Shown here: positions 17,619-26,785 of the stretch, piece after piece | Layout: each line of letters starts with the position of its first letter | Position numbering within the stretch: position 1 is the first letter of the stretch | Source: Candidatus Limnocylindrales bacterium | GTDB taxonomy: Bacteria; Chloroflexota; Limnocylindria; Limnocylindrales; CSP1-4 | Direction: 5' to 3' | Length of the DNA: 64,000 nt | Assembly: GCA_036570185.1 (NCBI GenBank) | Contig: DATCPH010000232.1 | Span: 2,453-66,452, forward strand | The notes under the pieces: generated by a model | Told to the model about the DNA's origin: nothing | The model's input: the letters and a program-made list of their open reading frames with translations, nothing else | The model's database searches: none | Made by a program: the position numbers and the translations under genes

Positions 17619-18368
17619 ATGTCAGGCGAGCAGATCTGCTATTCCGACGCGTACGCCCGATCGGTCGACGCCGTCGTGACCGCCGTGTCGATCGGCGAAT
17701 CCGGCACGGCCGCCGTGGTGACGCTCGACCGGACGGTCTTCTACCCGGGCGGCGGCGGTCAGCCCGCCGACCGCGGCGCGCTTGGTGGCGCCGACGGTCG
17801 ATCATGGATCGTCCAGATCGCCAGCAAGCTCGACGGCGAAATCGTCCACGAGATTGGGGACTCCGGCGAGATCGCGCCACCTGCGATTGGGGAACGGGTG
17901 GTCGCCGACATCGACTGGGAGCGCCGCTACGCCCTGATGCGAACGCACACCGCTCTCCACGCCCTGTGCGGGGTGGTCTGGCGCGATTGGGGCGCCCAGG
18001 TGACCGGCGGCAACATGGAGCCGGGCAGCGGCCGAATGGACTTCGAATTCGAGCGGATGGCGGGTGAGCTGGTCGGGAAGATCGAGTCGCGTGTGAACGT
18101 CGAGCTCGCCGCGGAGCGCGACGTCCGCGTCGCGAACCTGCCTCGAGACGAGGCGTTCGCCATTCCGGATCTGATCCGGACCAAGATCAACCTTCTGCCG
18201 GCGGGGATTGCGACCGTCCGAACGATCGAGATCGTGGGGCTCGACCTCCAGGCCGACGGCGGCACCCACGTCGCCAACACTCGAGAGGTCGGCCGGATCC
18301 GCGTGACCGGCTACGAATCGAAGGGCCGCATCTACAAACGGATCCGGATCGCGATCGAGGACGCCTGA
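17619..18368 (+). CDS. Alanyl-tRNA editing protein AlaX-M-like (Ser/Gly-tRNA(Ala) deacylase, AlaRS second additional domain)
   Basis: The zinc-binding editing motifs HTALHAL and GGTHV are present. 249 aa. Confidence 0.85.
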   Translation: MSGEQICYSDAYARSVDAVVTAVSIGESGTAAVVTLDRTVFYPGGGGQPADRGALGGADGRSWIVQIASKLDGEIVHEIGDSGEIAPPAIGERVVADIDWERRYALMRTHTALHALCGVVWRDWGAQVTGGNMEPGSGRMDFEFERMAGELVGKIESRVNVELAAERDVRVANLPRDEAFAIPDLIRTKINLLPAGIATVRTIEIVGLDLQADGGTHVANTREVGRIRVTGYESKGRIYKRIRIAIEDA

Positions 18369-18441
18369 ACGCGACGACGCATGAGCCCGGGGCCTTCCCG
18401 CGCCGGTCTGGGCCTTCCTCTCGTGGGGCTCGGCGCCGCCC

Positions 18442-19440
18442 TCAGCTCGGCGCTTGCTCCCGGCGATGCCCGGTCGCAACCTCGGCGAGGGCGCTCTCCT
18501 CGATCTGGTCCGGCGACGCAACCGCCACGCGAGCGCGGGTGACAGCGCGCAGCGTCGAGGTCCGAAGGCCGCCTTCGAGGATCGCCCGCTCGCCCAGGAT
18601 CGCGCCCGGTCCGATCTCGGCGACCTCGTTGCCGTCGACGATCACGCTCAGCACCCCGTCGAGCAGGAGGAAGATCTCACTGCCCGGGTCGCCCTGTTCG
18701 ACCAGGGACTGACCTGCGTCGACCGTCCGGATCCGGGGTGACGTCCCGGACCGCATGATCGTCCGCGAGAGCTGTCGCTCGAGGGCCGTCTCGACCGCGG
18801 TGACCACGGCCGGCGAGTCGTACGCGCCCCATGGGGTGTGCACACCGAACGAATCGTTGAACCAGGTCTTGAAGTCGATGACCGCCGACTTCGCGACAAG
18901 CTTGCCGGCATGGTCGTAGACCCAGTGACGCGGAAACGGACTGGCACCGACGAGTTCGCGCTGGGTCGTCCCATCGCTGTTGATCGTGAGGGCAAGAGTG
19001 GTCCAGGCGATCGGTGGGGTGAGCTGGAAAAAGGGCTTTCGTGGCACGGGTCTGGGGGTCGGCAATCCCATTCGGCCGCCCACCGTCTGGACGAAGCGCA
19101 CCGAGGTGGGACCGACGACGGGGTCGGGCGTGATGTCGGCCAGTCTCACCGCCGGGAATGCAATGGACGCGGGGCCCAGCCGGACGGTTGTGGATCCGAT
19201 ATGGCCGCCGCCGCTCTGGCCGTAGCTGCTGACGCGCCCGTCCTCGAACTCGACGTAGGCGCGAAGCTCATTGGCCTCCCTGAACCGGTCACCCTTCCGG
19301 AGCGCCTCAAGATCCTCGATGGCGTCGGGCGGAGGCTCGTCATAGTGGGTGATGCCCACCTCGAAGGGCATCTTGGCCAGTCCTTCGATCGCCTCTGACG
19401 GAATCCAGGAGAGCGAGGTAACCGACGAATCTATGCGCAT
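18442..19440 (-). CDS. Protein with N-terminal domain of unknown function and C-terminal cyclic-nucleotide-binding (CAP effector-like) domain
   Basis: Start chosen at ATG 19440 (MRIDSSVTSLSWIP), preceded by GGAGGG. The cNMP-binding motif region is GDPGSEIFLLLDGVLSVIVDGNEVAEIGPGAILGERAIL...TLRAVT. No HTH follows. Confidence 0.7.
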   Translation of the reverse strand: MRIDSSVTSLSWIPSEAIEGLAKMPFEVGITHYDEPPPDAIEDLEALRKGDRFREANELRAYVEFEDGRVSSYGQSGGGHIGSTTVRLGPASIAFPAVRLADITPDPVVGPTSVRFVQTVGGRMGLPTPRPVPRKPFFQLTPPIAWTTLALTINSDGTTQRELVGASPFPRHWVYDHAGKLVAKSAVIDFKTWFNDSFGVHTPWGAYDSPAVVTAVETALERQLSRTIMRSGTSPRIRTVDAGQSLVEQGDPGSEIFLLLDGVLSVIVDGNEVAEIGPGAILGERAILEGGLRTSTLRAVTRARVAVASPDQIEESALAEVATGHRREQAPS

Positions 19441-19547
19441 CTGCGACCCTCCGGCCGAACGGCGACCCTGGCAATGGTTGACGAGGACATGATGGCATCC
19501 TCGTCGTGAATGGCGGTACGACCAGCCGCCGGCTACCGTAGAGCGTC

Positions 19548-20042
19548 GTGAACGCTCAAGATCAGGAACCGTCCGGGGCGACGCCGGCGATCGACGCCGT
19601 CGCGGCTTCGGGCGTCCCGCATCGCATCGTCCGAACGGCGCTGCCCGAGAGCCCCGAAGAGAGCGCATCGCTCCAGGGGATCCCGATCGGCGCGCTCCTC
19701 CGGACGATCGTCGTGCGCCGCGGTGCCGACGACTACCTGTTCGTCCTGGTTCCTGCCGGCCGGCGATTCGACTGGCCGAAGGTCCGTGCCCACCTCGGTG
19801 TGAGTCGCCTCTCGCTGCCGAACGCCGACGAGGCCCAGGCGGTGACCGGCTATGTTCGATACACGATCACGCCGTTCGGCTCCAGCCGAGCCTGGCCGGT
19901 CATCGTCGACGCCTCGGCCATGGACCACGCAGCCGTGTCGGTTGGCGGTGGGGCGCGTGGAGTGAACATCCACCTCGCGCCACAGGATCTCGTCGATCAT
20001 TTCGCGGCGGACGTCGTGGACCTCACGACCCCGGAAGCCTGA
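19548..20042 (+). CDS. YbaK/EbsC-type aminoacyl-tRNA deacylase (Cys-tRNA(Pro) trans-editing family)
   Basis: 164-aa protein with the YbaK/ProX deacylase fold pattern (VRTIVVRRGADDYLFVLVPAGRRFDWPKV...GYVRYTITPFG). Confidence 0.8.
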   Translation: MNAQDQEPSGATPAIDAVAASGVPHRIVRTALPESPEESASLQGIPIGALLRTIVVRRGADDYLFVLVPAGRRFDWPKVRAHLGVSRLSLPNADEAQAVTGYVRYTITPFGSSRAWPVIVDASAMDHAAVSVGGGARGVNIHLAPQDLVDHFAADVVDLTTPEA

Positions 20043-20314
20043 AGGCACCCGAAATCGATCCGAGCACCGGACGTTTGCCAAACTCGCACCAGGACTGGCT
20101 TAACCAGTGGACGCGGCTGCTCGTTCGCCATTTCACGCCCGGGGTGCCTATACGGCGGAGATCAGCGTCCGTCGCACACGGGATGAGGTTGCCGCAGCCA
20201 CCGTCTTGCCCCAGGCCGCTCCGCTAAGGCCGGCCTGGCGCGAGTGTGGCAAGAAACCGCGTTGAGGCGCGGCGGCGGGATCGCGGGCGCGCTGGTTTCG
20301 GGAGGTCCCCGGAC

Positions 20315-21733
20315 CTAAACCGCCTTGACGGCCGAGACGAGGGACGCCAACCCTTCCTTGGCGTCGGCGAACAGCATCCCCGTCTTTGGGTTCGTGTAGA
20401 GCTCGTTGTCGATACCCGCGTAGCCCGACGCCATCGAGCGCTTGACCACGATGATCGACTTGGCGTGGTCAACGTCGAGGATCGGCATGCCCGAGACCGG
20501 ATTGCCGGGCCGGCGCGCCGCCGGGTTGGTGACGTCGTTGGCGCCGACCACCAGTGCGACGTCGGCGCGCTCGAAGTCGGGGTTGACCTCGTCCATCTCC
20601 TTGAGTTGGGGATACGGCACGTTCGCTTCGGCGAGCAGGACGTTCATGTGTCCGGGCATCCGGCCGGCCACCGGGTGGATTGCGTACTCGACGGTGACGC
20701 CACGGGACTCGAGGAGCTCGGCAAGCTCGCGCACGGCGTGCTGGGCCTGGGCGACGGCGAGACCGTAGCCCGGCACCACGATCACCAGGCTGGCATAGGC
20801 CAGCTGGATGGCCGCATCGTCGGCCGAGATCTGGCGGACGCTTCCGCCCGCGCCTGCTCCCGCAGCCGCCACTGCCCCGTCGCCGCCGCCGAAGCCGCCG
20901 AGCATGATGTTCAATACGGAGCGGTTCATCGCGCTGGCCATGAGCTTGGTCAGGATCGCGCCTGACGCTCCGACGAGAGCGCCGGCAATGATCAGGACCG
21001 GGTTGTCGAGGACGAAGCCGGCCATCGCGACGGCCGTGCCGGTGAACGAGTTCAGGAGGCTGATGACGACCGGCATGTCCGCGCCGCCGATCGGCAGCAC
21101 CATCGTGATGCCGAAGATCAGGGCCGCGGCAATGATCACGAACAGGACCGGGACGCTGACGTTGCCGGCGAACAGGTAGCCCGCGCCCACGATCGCGATC
21201 ACGGCAATGGCCGCGGTGATGATCCGTCCACCCGGGATCAGGATGGGCTTGCCTGAGATCAGGCCCTGCAGCTTGCCCGACGCGATCACCGAGCCGGTAA
21301 AGGTCACCGACCCGATGATCACGTCGAGAACGGTGGGGACGCTCGTCTGAAGGCTGATGGCACCGCCGGCGTTGGCGAGGCGGATGTAGTCGTCGATCGC
21401 GATCAGGGCCGCCGCGCCGCCACCGACCGCGTTGAATAGCGATACCAGCTGCGGCATCGCGGTCATCTTCACGGTCCGTGCGGTGTACAGGCCCAGGCCG
21501 CCACCGATGACGACGCCGACCGCGATGATCGGCCAGGCGAGGCCCTGCACGGTGCCCGCGTGGCCGGCGGCGATCAGGACGACGGTCCCGAGGATCGCCA
21601 GCGTCATGCCGCCGGCCGACAGGAGGTTGCCGTTGCGGGCGGTGGCCGGCGAATTCATCTGGTGGAGGCCGAGGACGAACGCCGCCGCCCCCAGGAGCCA
21701 GATGAGACGGACGACGGTATCGAGGGTGTCCAC
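20315..21733 (-). CDS. pntB: NAD(P) transhydrogenase subunit beta
   Basis: The N-terminal 9-TM domain is followed by the NADP(H)-binding dIII domain (GYGLAVAQAQHAVRELAELLESRGVTVEYAIHPVAGRMPGHMNVLLAEANV). Start at GTG 21733, preceded by GAGGG. The track start 21832 adds an Arg-rich stretch. Confidence 0.9.
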   Translation of the reverse strand: MDTLDTVVRLIWLLGAAAFVLGLHQMNSPATARNGNLLSAGGMTLAILGTVVLIAAGHAGTVQGLAWPIIAVGVVIGGGLGLYTARTVKMTAMPQLVSLFNAVGGGAAALIAIDDYIRLANAGGAISLQTSVPTVLDVIIGSVTFTGSVIASGKLQGLISGKPILIPGGRIITAAIAVIAIVGAGYLFAGNVSVPVLFVIIAAALIFGITMVLPIGGADMPVVISLLNSFTGTAVAMAGFVLDNPVLIIAGALVGASGAILTKLMASAMNRSVLNIMLGGFGGGDGAVAAAGAGAGGSVRQISADDAAIQLAYASLVIVVPGYGLAVAQAQHAVRELAELLESRGVTVEYAIHPVAGRMPGHMNVLLAEANVPYPQLKEMDEVNPDFERADVALVVGANDVTNPAARRPGNPVSGMPILDVDHAKSIIVVKRSMASGYAGIDNELYTNPKTGMLFADAKEGLASLVSAVKAV

Positions 21734-21737
21734 CGCG

Positions 21738-22055
21738 TCAGCCCTCGACGTTCGACTTCGGCGCCGGCGCCGTCGGCTTCTTCTTGAACATCTGGAGCAT
21801 TCGGTCGGTGACGACGTAGCCGCCGACGACATTCATTGCCGCGAACGCGACCGCGACCAGCGACAGGACCTGGCTGAGGATGTTGTCCGCGCCGGCGGCG
21901 ATGAGCATCGACCCGACGAGCACGATGCCGTGGATCGAGTTCGCTCCGGACATCAGCGGCGTGTGAAGGGTCGCGGGGACCTTGCTGATGACCTCGAAGC
22001 CCACGAGGATCGCGAGGACGAAGACGGTCAGGGCCGACAGCAGCTCGGGACTCAC
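21738..22055 (-). CDS. pntAB: NAD(P) transhydrogenase subunit alpha part 2 (membrane part)
   Basis: 105-aa protein with 3 TM helices, located between pntAA and pntB. 4-nt overlap with pntAA. Confidence 0.85.
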   Translation of the reverse strand: MSPELLSALTVFVLAILVGFEVISKVPATLHTPLMSGANSIHGIVLVGSMLIAAGADNILSQVLSLVAVAFAAMNVVGGYVVTDRMLQMFKKKPTAPAPKSNVEG

Positions 22056-23215
22056 GCGGCACCTCCCGGCGCGGCGGGCGCCGGATCCAGCAGCTTGCGT
22101 ACCGCCTCCGAAACGACTTCGCCGCCGTGGGTGATCGTCACCGGGCCGGTGATCTCATCGGTCAGGTCGATGTTCAACTCCCCGTCCTTCGTCATGTGCA
22201 GCAACAGCGTCGAGATGTTGCGGGCGTAGAACTGCGAGGCGCTGGCGGGCATCGAGGCCGGCAGGTTGTCCGGCGCGATGATCGTCACGCCCTCCTCGGT
22301 CAGGATCGTCTCGCCGGCCTTCGAGAGCTCGCAGTTGCCGCCGAGCGTCGAGGCGGCCATGTCGACGATGACCGAGCCCGACTTCATGCCGTGGACGGCT
22401 TCGGCCGTGACGAGGACCGGTGGTTTGCGCCCGGGTACCTGGGCGGTCGTGATCACGACGTCCATACCAGCGATGACTTCGTTGAGCTCGGCCTGCTGGG
22501 CGGCGCGTTCCTCCGCGGTCAGTTCGCGCGCGTAGCCGCCGGCCCCGGTGGCGTCGATCGCCGTCTTCAGCGTCACGAACTGCGCACCGAGCGACTGCGC
22601 CTGTTCCCGGGTCTCGGGCCGGACGTCATACGCCTTGACGACCGCACCGAGTCGCCGCGCCGTGCCGATCGCTTGGAGCCCCGCCACGCCGATCCCGAGG
22701 ATCAGGACGTTGGCGGGCTTGGCGGTTCCAGCCGCAGTCGTGAGCAGCGGGAAGTAGCGCCCAAAGGCGTTGGCGGCGATCAGCACGGCCTTGTAACCAC
22801 CGACATTTGCCTGTGAGCTCAGGGCATCCATCGTCTGGGCCCGCGACAGGGTGCGCGGAATCGCATCGAGGCTGACCGCGGTGATGCCCTGCTTCGCCAT
22901 GGAGCCTGCGAGCACCGGATCGATCAGCGGCTGGAGGACTCCGACAAGGGCCTGGCCCGATCGCATCCGGCCGACTTCGGCCGGCGAAGGCTTCTGGACA
23001 CGAAGCACAACGTCGGCGTCGCGGTACAGCTCGTCGGTCGAGACCACGCGCGCACCCGCTTCGACAAAGGCCTGATCGGGGATGAGCGCGCCGTCACCGG
23101 CGCCTTGTTCCACGAGGATCTCCAAGCCCCCGGCCGTCAACTTGCTGAGTGCTTCGGGTACCAGGGCGACGCGCCGTTCGCCGGGCGCAGTCTCCTTGGC
23201 GACGCCGACCTTCAT
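22052..23215 (-). CDS. pntAA: NAD(P) transhydrogenase subunit alpha part 1 (dI, NAD(H)-binding)
   Basis: Alanine-dehydrogenase/PNT fold with Rossmann motif LILGIGVAGLQAIGTARRLGAVV. Start at ATG 23215 with AGGTGG SD. The track ORF to 23632 is an upstream shadow. Confidence 0.9.
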   Translation of the reverse strand: MKVGVAKETAPGERRVALVPEALSKLTAGGLEILVEQGAGDGALIPDQAFVEAGARVVSTDELYRDADVVLRVQKPSPAEVGRMRSGQALVGVLQPLIDPVLAGSMAKQGITAVSLDAIPRTLSRAQTMDALSSQANVGGYKAVLIAANAFGRYFPLLTTAAGTAKPANVLILGIGVAGLQAIGTARRLGAVVKAYDVRPETREQAQSLGAQFVTLKTAIDATGAGGYARELTAEERAAQQAELNEVIAGMDVVITTAQVPGRKPPVLVTAEAVHGMKSGSVIVDMAASTLGGNCELSKAGETILTEEGVTIIAPDNLPASMPASASQFYARNISTLLLHMTKDGELNIDLTDEITGPVTITHGGEVVSEAVRKLLDPAPAAPGGAA

Positions 23216-23441
23216 GGGCACCACCTTGGGTCGTGTTGGGATTGATCGCGCATGACGTTCTGGGAACCGATGAAGGATAGCGGTCACCGCTCCGGGGCGT
23301 CCGGTATTCGATGGCAAGGTTCCGATTCTTCCGCGCCACCGGCCCCTGGCAAGAGTTGGTCGCCCGGGAGGATCGACCGGCCCGTCCCCAAGGGGCCGTT
23401 CGGCCCTGTTGACGGGCTCCGCTCGGTCCCAACGTTCGGTC

Positions 23442-25457
23442 ATGGCATACCGCATCGAGATCGACCATGCGGGCTGCATCAATTGCGGCATCTGCATGGA
23501 CACCTGCCCGGTCGAAGCGCTCGACATGACCCGCCCAACAGGTCCCGGCATCGAGTCTTCAGGGGCCGGCGCGCCCCAGCCGTGGATGATGGAGCACCCG
23601 GTCCAGGTCGGGGAGTGCGTGGGCTGCGGCATCTGTATTCGCGAGTGCCCTGTCGTCGTGATGACGCTCCACGCCGATGCCGACGGCCCGGACCTTCAGC
23701 CGCGCCAGGGTCCGATCGACCGGCCGGCGGTGCAGGCATCCCGCAAGAGTAGAGACGCTCGCGATCGAACCGCCTGGCTACCTCTCTCGACGGTCACCCG
23801 CGAGGCGCTGAAGCCGATTCACGGGTCGCCGTGGGGCGACCTCTTCTCGTGGAGAACCTCCGAGCGACCGAAGGCCTGGCAGACGTGGAAATCGATGGTC
23901 GACGCTCGTCCAGCCGAACCGATCGCGCCGTGTCAGGAGGCGTGCCCCGCTGGGACTGACGCCGGTCGCTACGTCGGGCTCATCGCCCAGGGTCGCTACG
24001 ACGACGCCTACGCGGTCGCCGCCGAGGTCAACCCGTTTCCGTCGGTGTGCGGCTGGATCTGCACGGCGCCGTGCGAGTCGGTCTGCCGCCGGGGCGTCCT
24101 CGACGAGCCGATCGCCATCCGGACGCTGAAGCGCTTCGCGGCCGAGCACGGCCACCTGCCCGCCGTCCCGAAGCCCACGCTGCGTCGCGAGGCGCCGGTC
24201 GCCATTGTCGGCGGCGGACCCGCCGGGATGTCGGCGGCGTATTACCTGGCGCGACTTGGCTACCCGGTGACCGTGTTCGAGGCGATGCCTGTACCCGGCG
24301 GGATGATGGCAATCGGGATCCCCGAATATCGTCTGCCGCGCGAGGTCCTTCGCGAGGAGCTCGACCGGATCGTGGGGCTGGGCGTCGACCTTCGCCTCGA
24401 TGCGGCGATGGGCCGGGACTTCACGCTCGCCGACCTGGAGCGGGACGGCTACCGCGCGATCTTCCTCGCCACCGGAGCATCGAAGAGCCGACGGCTGGCT
24501 GTGCCCGGGGACGATCTCCGCGGCGTGGTCCCCGCGACCCTGTTCCTGAAGCAGGTCAATCTCGGCGAGCGGCCAGAGCTGAGCGGGGCGGTAGTCGTGG
24601 TCGGTGGCGGAAGCACGGCGATGGACGCAGCTCGCTCGGCGCTGCGGAGCGGAGCTGCCTCTGTGACGATTGCCTATCGCCGCGGCCGCGCCGACATGCC
24701 CGCTCAGGAGGAAGAGATCGAGGCCGCGCTCCGAGAGGGGATCGCCCTCGAGACGGGCCTTCTTCCGCTCGAAGTCGTCGGATCCGGCGGCCGTGTGACC
24801 GGGCTCCGGTTCGCGGAGCAGCGTGCTTCGGCGCGCTCCGAGGGCGGGCGTGTTGCCTGGGAGACGGTGCCGGACACTGAGCGGCACTTGCCCGCGACGA
24901 CGATTCTGGTCGCAGTCGGCGAGGAACCCGATCCATCGATCCTTCCGGAAGGTGCCGGAATCGGGGTCAGCGGCTGGGCGGGCATCGCCGCGGACTCGCG
25001 AACCCTCGCGACCGGACGCCCCGGCATCTTCGCCGGCGGCGACGTGGTTTCGGGTCCGAAGACGATCATCGATGCGGTCGCCGCCGGCCGGCGCGCCGCC
25101 GGCTCAATCCACGAGTTCCTCGGCGGCGTCGCAAACGGCGAGTCGGCGATTCTCGCCGCCGTCCGGTACCGCACCTCGGCGGAACCGGCGCTCAGCCTTG
25201 ACCTTGGCATCCGCCCGCGGGCCCGTGCGCCGCTTCCGGTGATCGACCGGGCTTCGTTCGCCGCGAGCCAGGTCGGGTTCGACGAGCCGGCCGCGCGAGC
25301 GGAGGCCGAGCGCTGCTTCCGGTGCGATGCGATCTATCGTTCTGCGTCGGTTGAGGTCACCGCGGGCCGTGGGCCGCACGAGAACCGGACCGCCGCCACG
25401 CACGACGCTCCGCCGGCGGTGTTCGAACGACCAATCCAACCGATCTCGGGAGGGTAG
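23442..25457 (+). CDS. Iron-sulfur flavoprotein: N-terminal 2x[4Fe-4S] ferredoxin domain fused to glutamate-synthase-small-subunit-like (GltD/NfnB/SudA-type) FAD/NAD(P)H oxidoreductase
   Basis: Two CxxCxxCxxxCP motifs (CINCGICMDTCP, CVGCGICIRECP). GltD-type cluster region (CQEACPAG...CGWICTAPCESVC). FAD motif VAIVGGGPAGMSAAYYLA and NAD(P) motif VVVVGGGSTAMDAARSA. ATG at 23442 chosen; the track start is TTG 23409. Confidence 0.85.
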   Translation: MAYRIEIDHAGCINCGICMDTCPVEALDMTRPTGPGIESSGAGAPQPWMMEHPVQVGECVGCGICIRECPVVVMTLHADADGPDLQPRQGPIDRPAVQASRKSRDARDRTAWLPLSTVTREALKPIHGSPWGDLFSWRTSERPKAWQTWKSMVDARPAEPIAPCQEACPAGTDAGRYVGLIAQGRYDDAYAVAAEVNPFPSVCGWICTAPCESVCRRGVLDEPIAIRTLKRFAAEHGHLPAVPKPTLRREAPVAIVGGGPAGMSAAYYLARLGYPVTVFEAMPVPGGMMAIGIPEYRLPREVLREELDRIVGLGVDLRLDAAMGRDFTLADLERDGYRAIFLATGASKSRRLAVPGDDLRGVVPATLFLKQVNLGERPELSGAVVVVGGGSTAMDAARSALRSGAASVTIAYRRGRADMPAQEEEIEAALREGIALETGLLPLEVVGSGGRVTGLRFAEQRASARSEGGRVAWETVPDTERHLPATTILVAVGEEPDPSILPEGAGIGVSGWAGIAADSRTLATGRPGIFAGGDVVSGPKTIIDAVAAGRRAAGSIHEFLGGVANGESAILAAVRYRTSAEPALSLDLGIRPRARAPLPVIDRASFAASQVGFDEPAARAEAERCFRCDAIYRSASVEVTAGRGPHENRTAATHDAPPAVFERPIQPISGG

Positions 25458-25459
25458 AG

Positions 25460-26110
25460 ATGCGCGCCGACCAGGTATCCGGGTTCTTCGACGCCGGCGA
25501 AGGCTTCATCGAGGGCACGATCGCGGCCGCGCTCGTCGTCTTGTGGCTGCTCGTCGTCGCGCTCCATCTCGGCCGCCCGTACATGGTCCGGACCACCGGC
25601 AAGTTCACCCTTCGATTGGGGGCCGACCTGTGGTGGATCATCTACGTGGGGCTGCGTGACATCTTCACCGTCCAGGTCTTTCTCGGCAGCTTCATCTTCT
25701 TCTACCCGGACGTGGTCACCGGCCAGGACCTGCCGATCACCGGCGGCCTCGCCGCCGTCTGCGCGTTCGGCGCGCTCCTGATCAAGCTCATGACGCGGGG
25801 CGACGCGCGCACACCGTACCTGTGGCAGGCGCTGCTGCTCGGGTTGGGCGCGGCGCTCTATATCGGCCCGTATTTCTTCGGCGTACAGATGACGATGCTG
25901 ACCGGCAAGAACGTCGACGTGATCATGCCGCTGCTCGTCTCATCCAAGAATCCCGATCTCGCCCTGGCCCTTTGCTACCTCTCGGCGGCCCTTGTCGGCG
26001 TCCTCGGCCTTGTCGCGGTGGCCTACAACCTGCGGGCCACGATGGGCCGGCCGCAGGCCACCCGGCGCTCTTCGACTGCGGAGCAAGCCGCAACCCAAGG
26101 AGGAATCTGA
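25460..26110 (+). CDS. Hypothetical 5-TM membrane protein, operonic with the Fe-S flavoprotein
   Basis: Starts 3 nt after the flavoprotein stop with GGGAGGG SD. Five hydrophobic helices. Paralogous to the next gene. Confidence 0.65.
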   Translation: MRADQVSGFFDAGEGFIEGTIAAALVVLWLLVVALHLGRPYMVRTTGKFTLRLGADLWWIIYVGLRDIFTVQVFLGSFIFFYPDVVTGQDLPITGGLAAVCAFGALLIKLMTRGDARTPYLWQALLLGLGAALYIGPYFFGVQMTMLTGKNVDVIMPLLVSSKNPDLALALCYLSAALVGVLGLVAVAYNLRATMGRPQATRRSSTAEQAATQGGI

Positions 26111-26739
26111 TGTTGAGTGCCGACGATCTGGCCCAGGCCCTGACCCACGGCTCCTCCGGGTGGATGGTCCTGTCGGTCGCCGCGGTGCTGCCGATCCTGT
26201 GGGCCTTCACCCTGGTCCTGCACTTCGCCCGCCCCGCGATGATCCGCTTCCTCCAGAGCCTGACCCTGCGTTTTGGTGGCGACGTCTGGTGGCTCTCCTA
26301 CGTGCTATTCCGGGACGCGCTCCTGGTGATCACCCTCGGATTGAGCGTGATCTTCCTCATGCCAAATCTCTATCTGAAGATCGGGCTTCCGATCACGGCG
26401 CCGCTCGCGACGCTCGTCCTGTTCTGGGCGCTCATCGTGAAGCTCGTTCGCGATTCGGATGATGATCCGGCCGCCTTCCGCCTTGTCAGCGTCCTGTTGG
26501 TCGTGGCCTCGGTGCTCTACATCGTCCCGCAGATCTACGGTCTCGAAGCAGCCGATCAGGCGTATCTGGGCGGCCTGCCGGCCGCCCTCACCAGCAGCTC
26601 GAATCTGGCGGTCGCCAAGCCGATCCTCTGGATCAGTCTCGGGCTCCTTGGCCTGACGGCGACCGGCGTGTTCCTGCGCTTCCTGCGCGACCTCCTGCGG
26701 GCCGACTTCGCCGACGAGGAGTCGTCCGCCGGGGCCTGA
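26110..26739 (+). CDS. Hypothetical 5-TM membrane protein, paralog of the preceding gene
   Basis: ATG 26110 with AAGGAGG SD, overlapping the previous stop. Shared blocks with its neighbour: TLR(L/F)G(A/G)D(L/V)WW and GLPIT(G/A)(G/P)LA. Confidence 0.65.
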   Translation: MLSADDLAQALTHGSSGWMVLSVAAVLPILWAFTLVLHFARPAMIRFLQSLTLRFGGDVWWLSYVLFRDALLVITLGLSVIFLMPNLYLKIGLPITAPLATLVLFWALIVKLVRDSDDDPAAFRLVSVLLVVASVLYIVPQIYGLEAADQAYLGGLPAALTSSSNLAVAKPILWISLGLLGLTATGVFLRFLRDLLRADFADEESSAGA

Positions 26740-26785
26740 CGGATCGGGCTCGGAATAAAGAGGCTCCGCCGAGAGCGCGGTCGCT

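Noticed and set aside
26740-26785. Bidirectional terminator between the membrane-protein operon and the MarR gene
   Set aside because: Only a 5-bp CTCGG/CCGAG stem with an AT-rich loop. Too weak to call.
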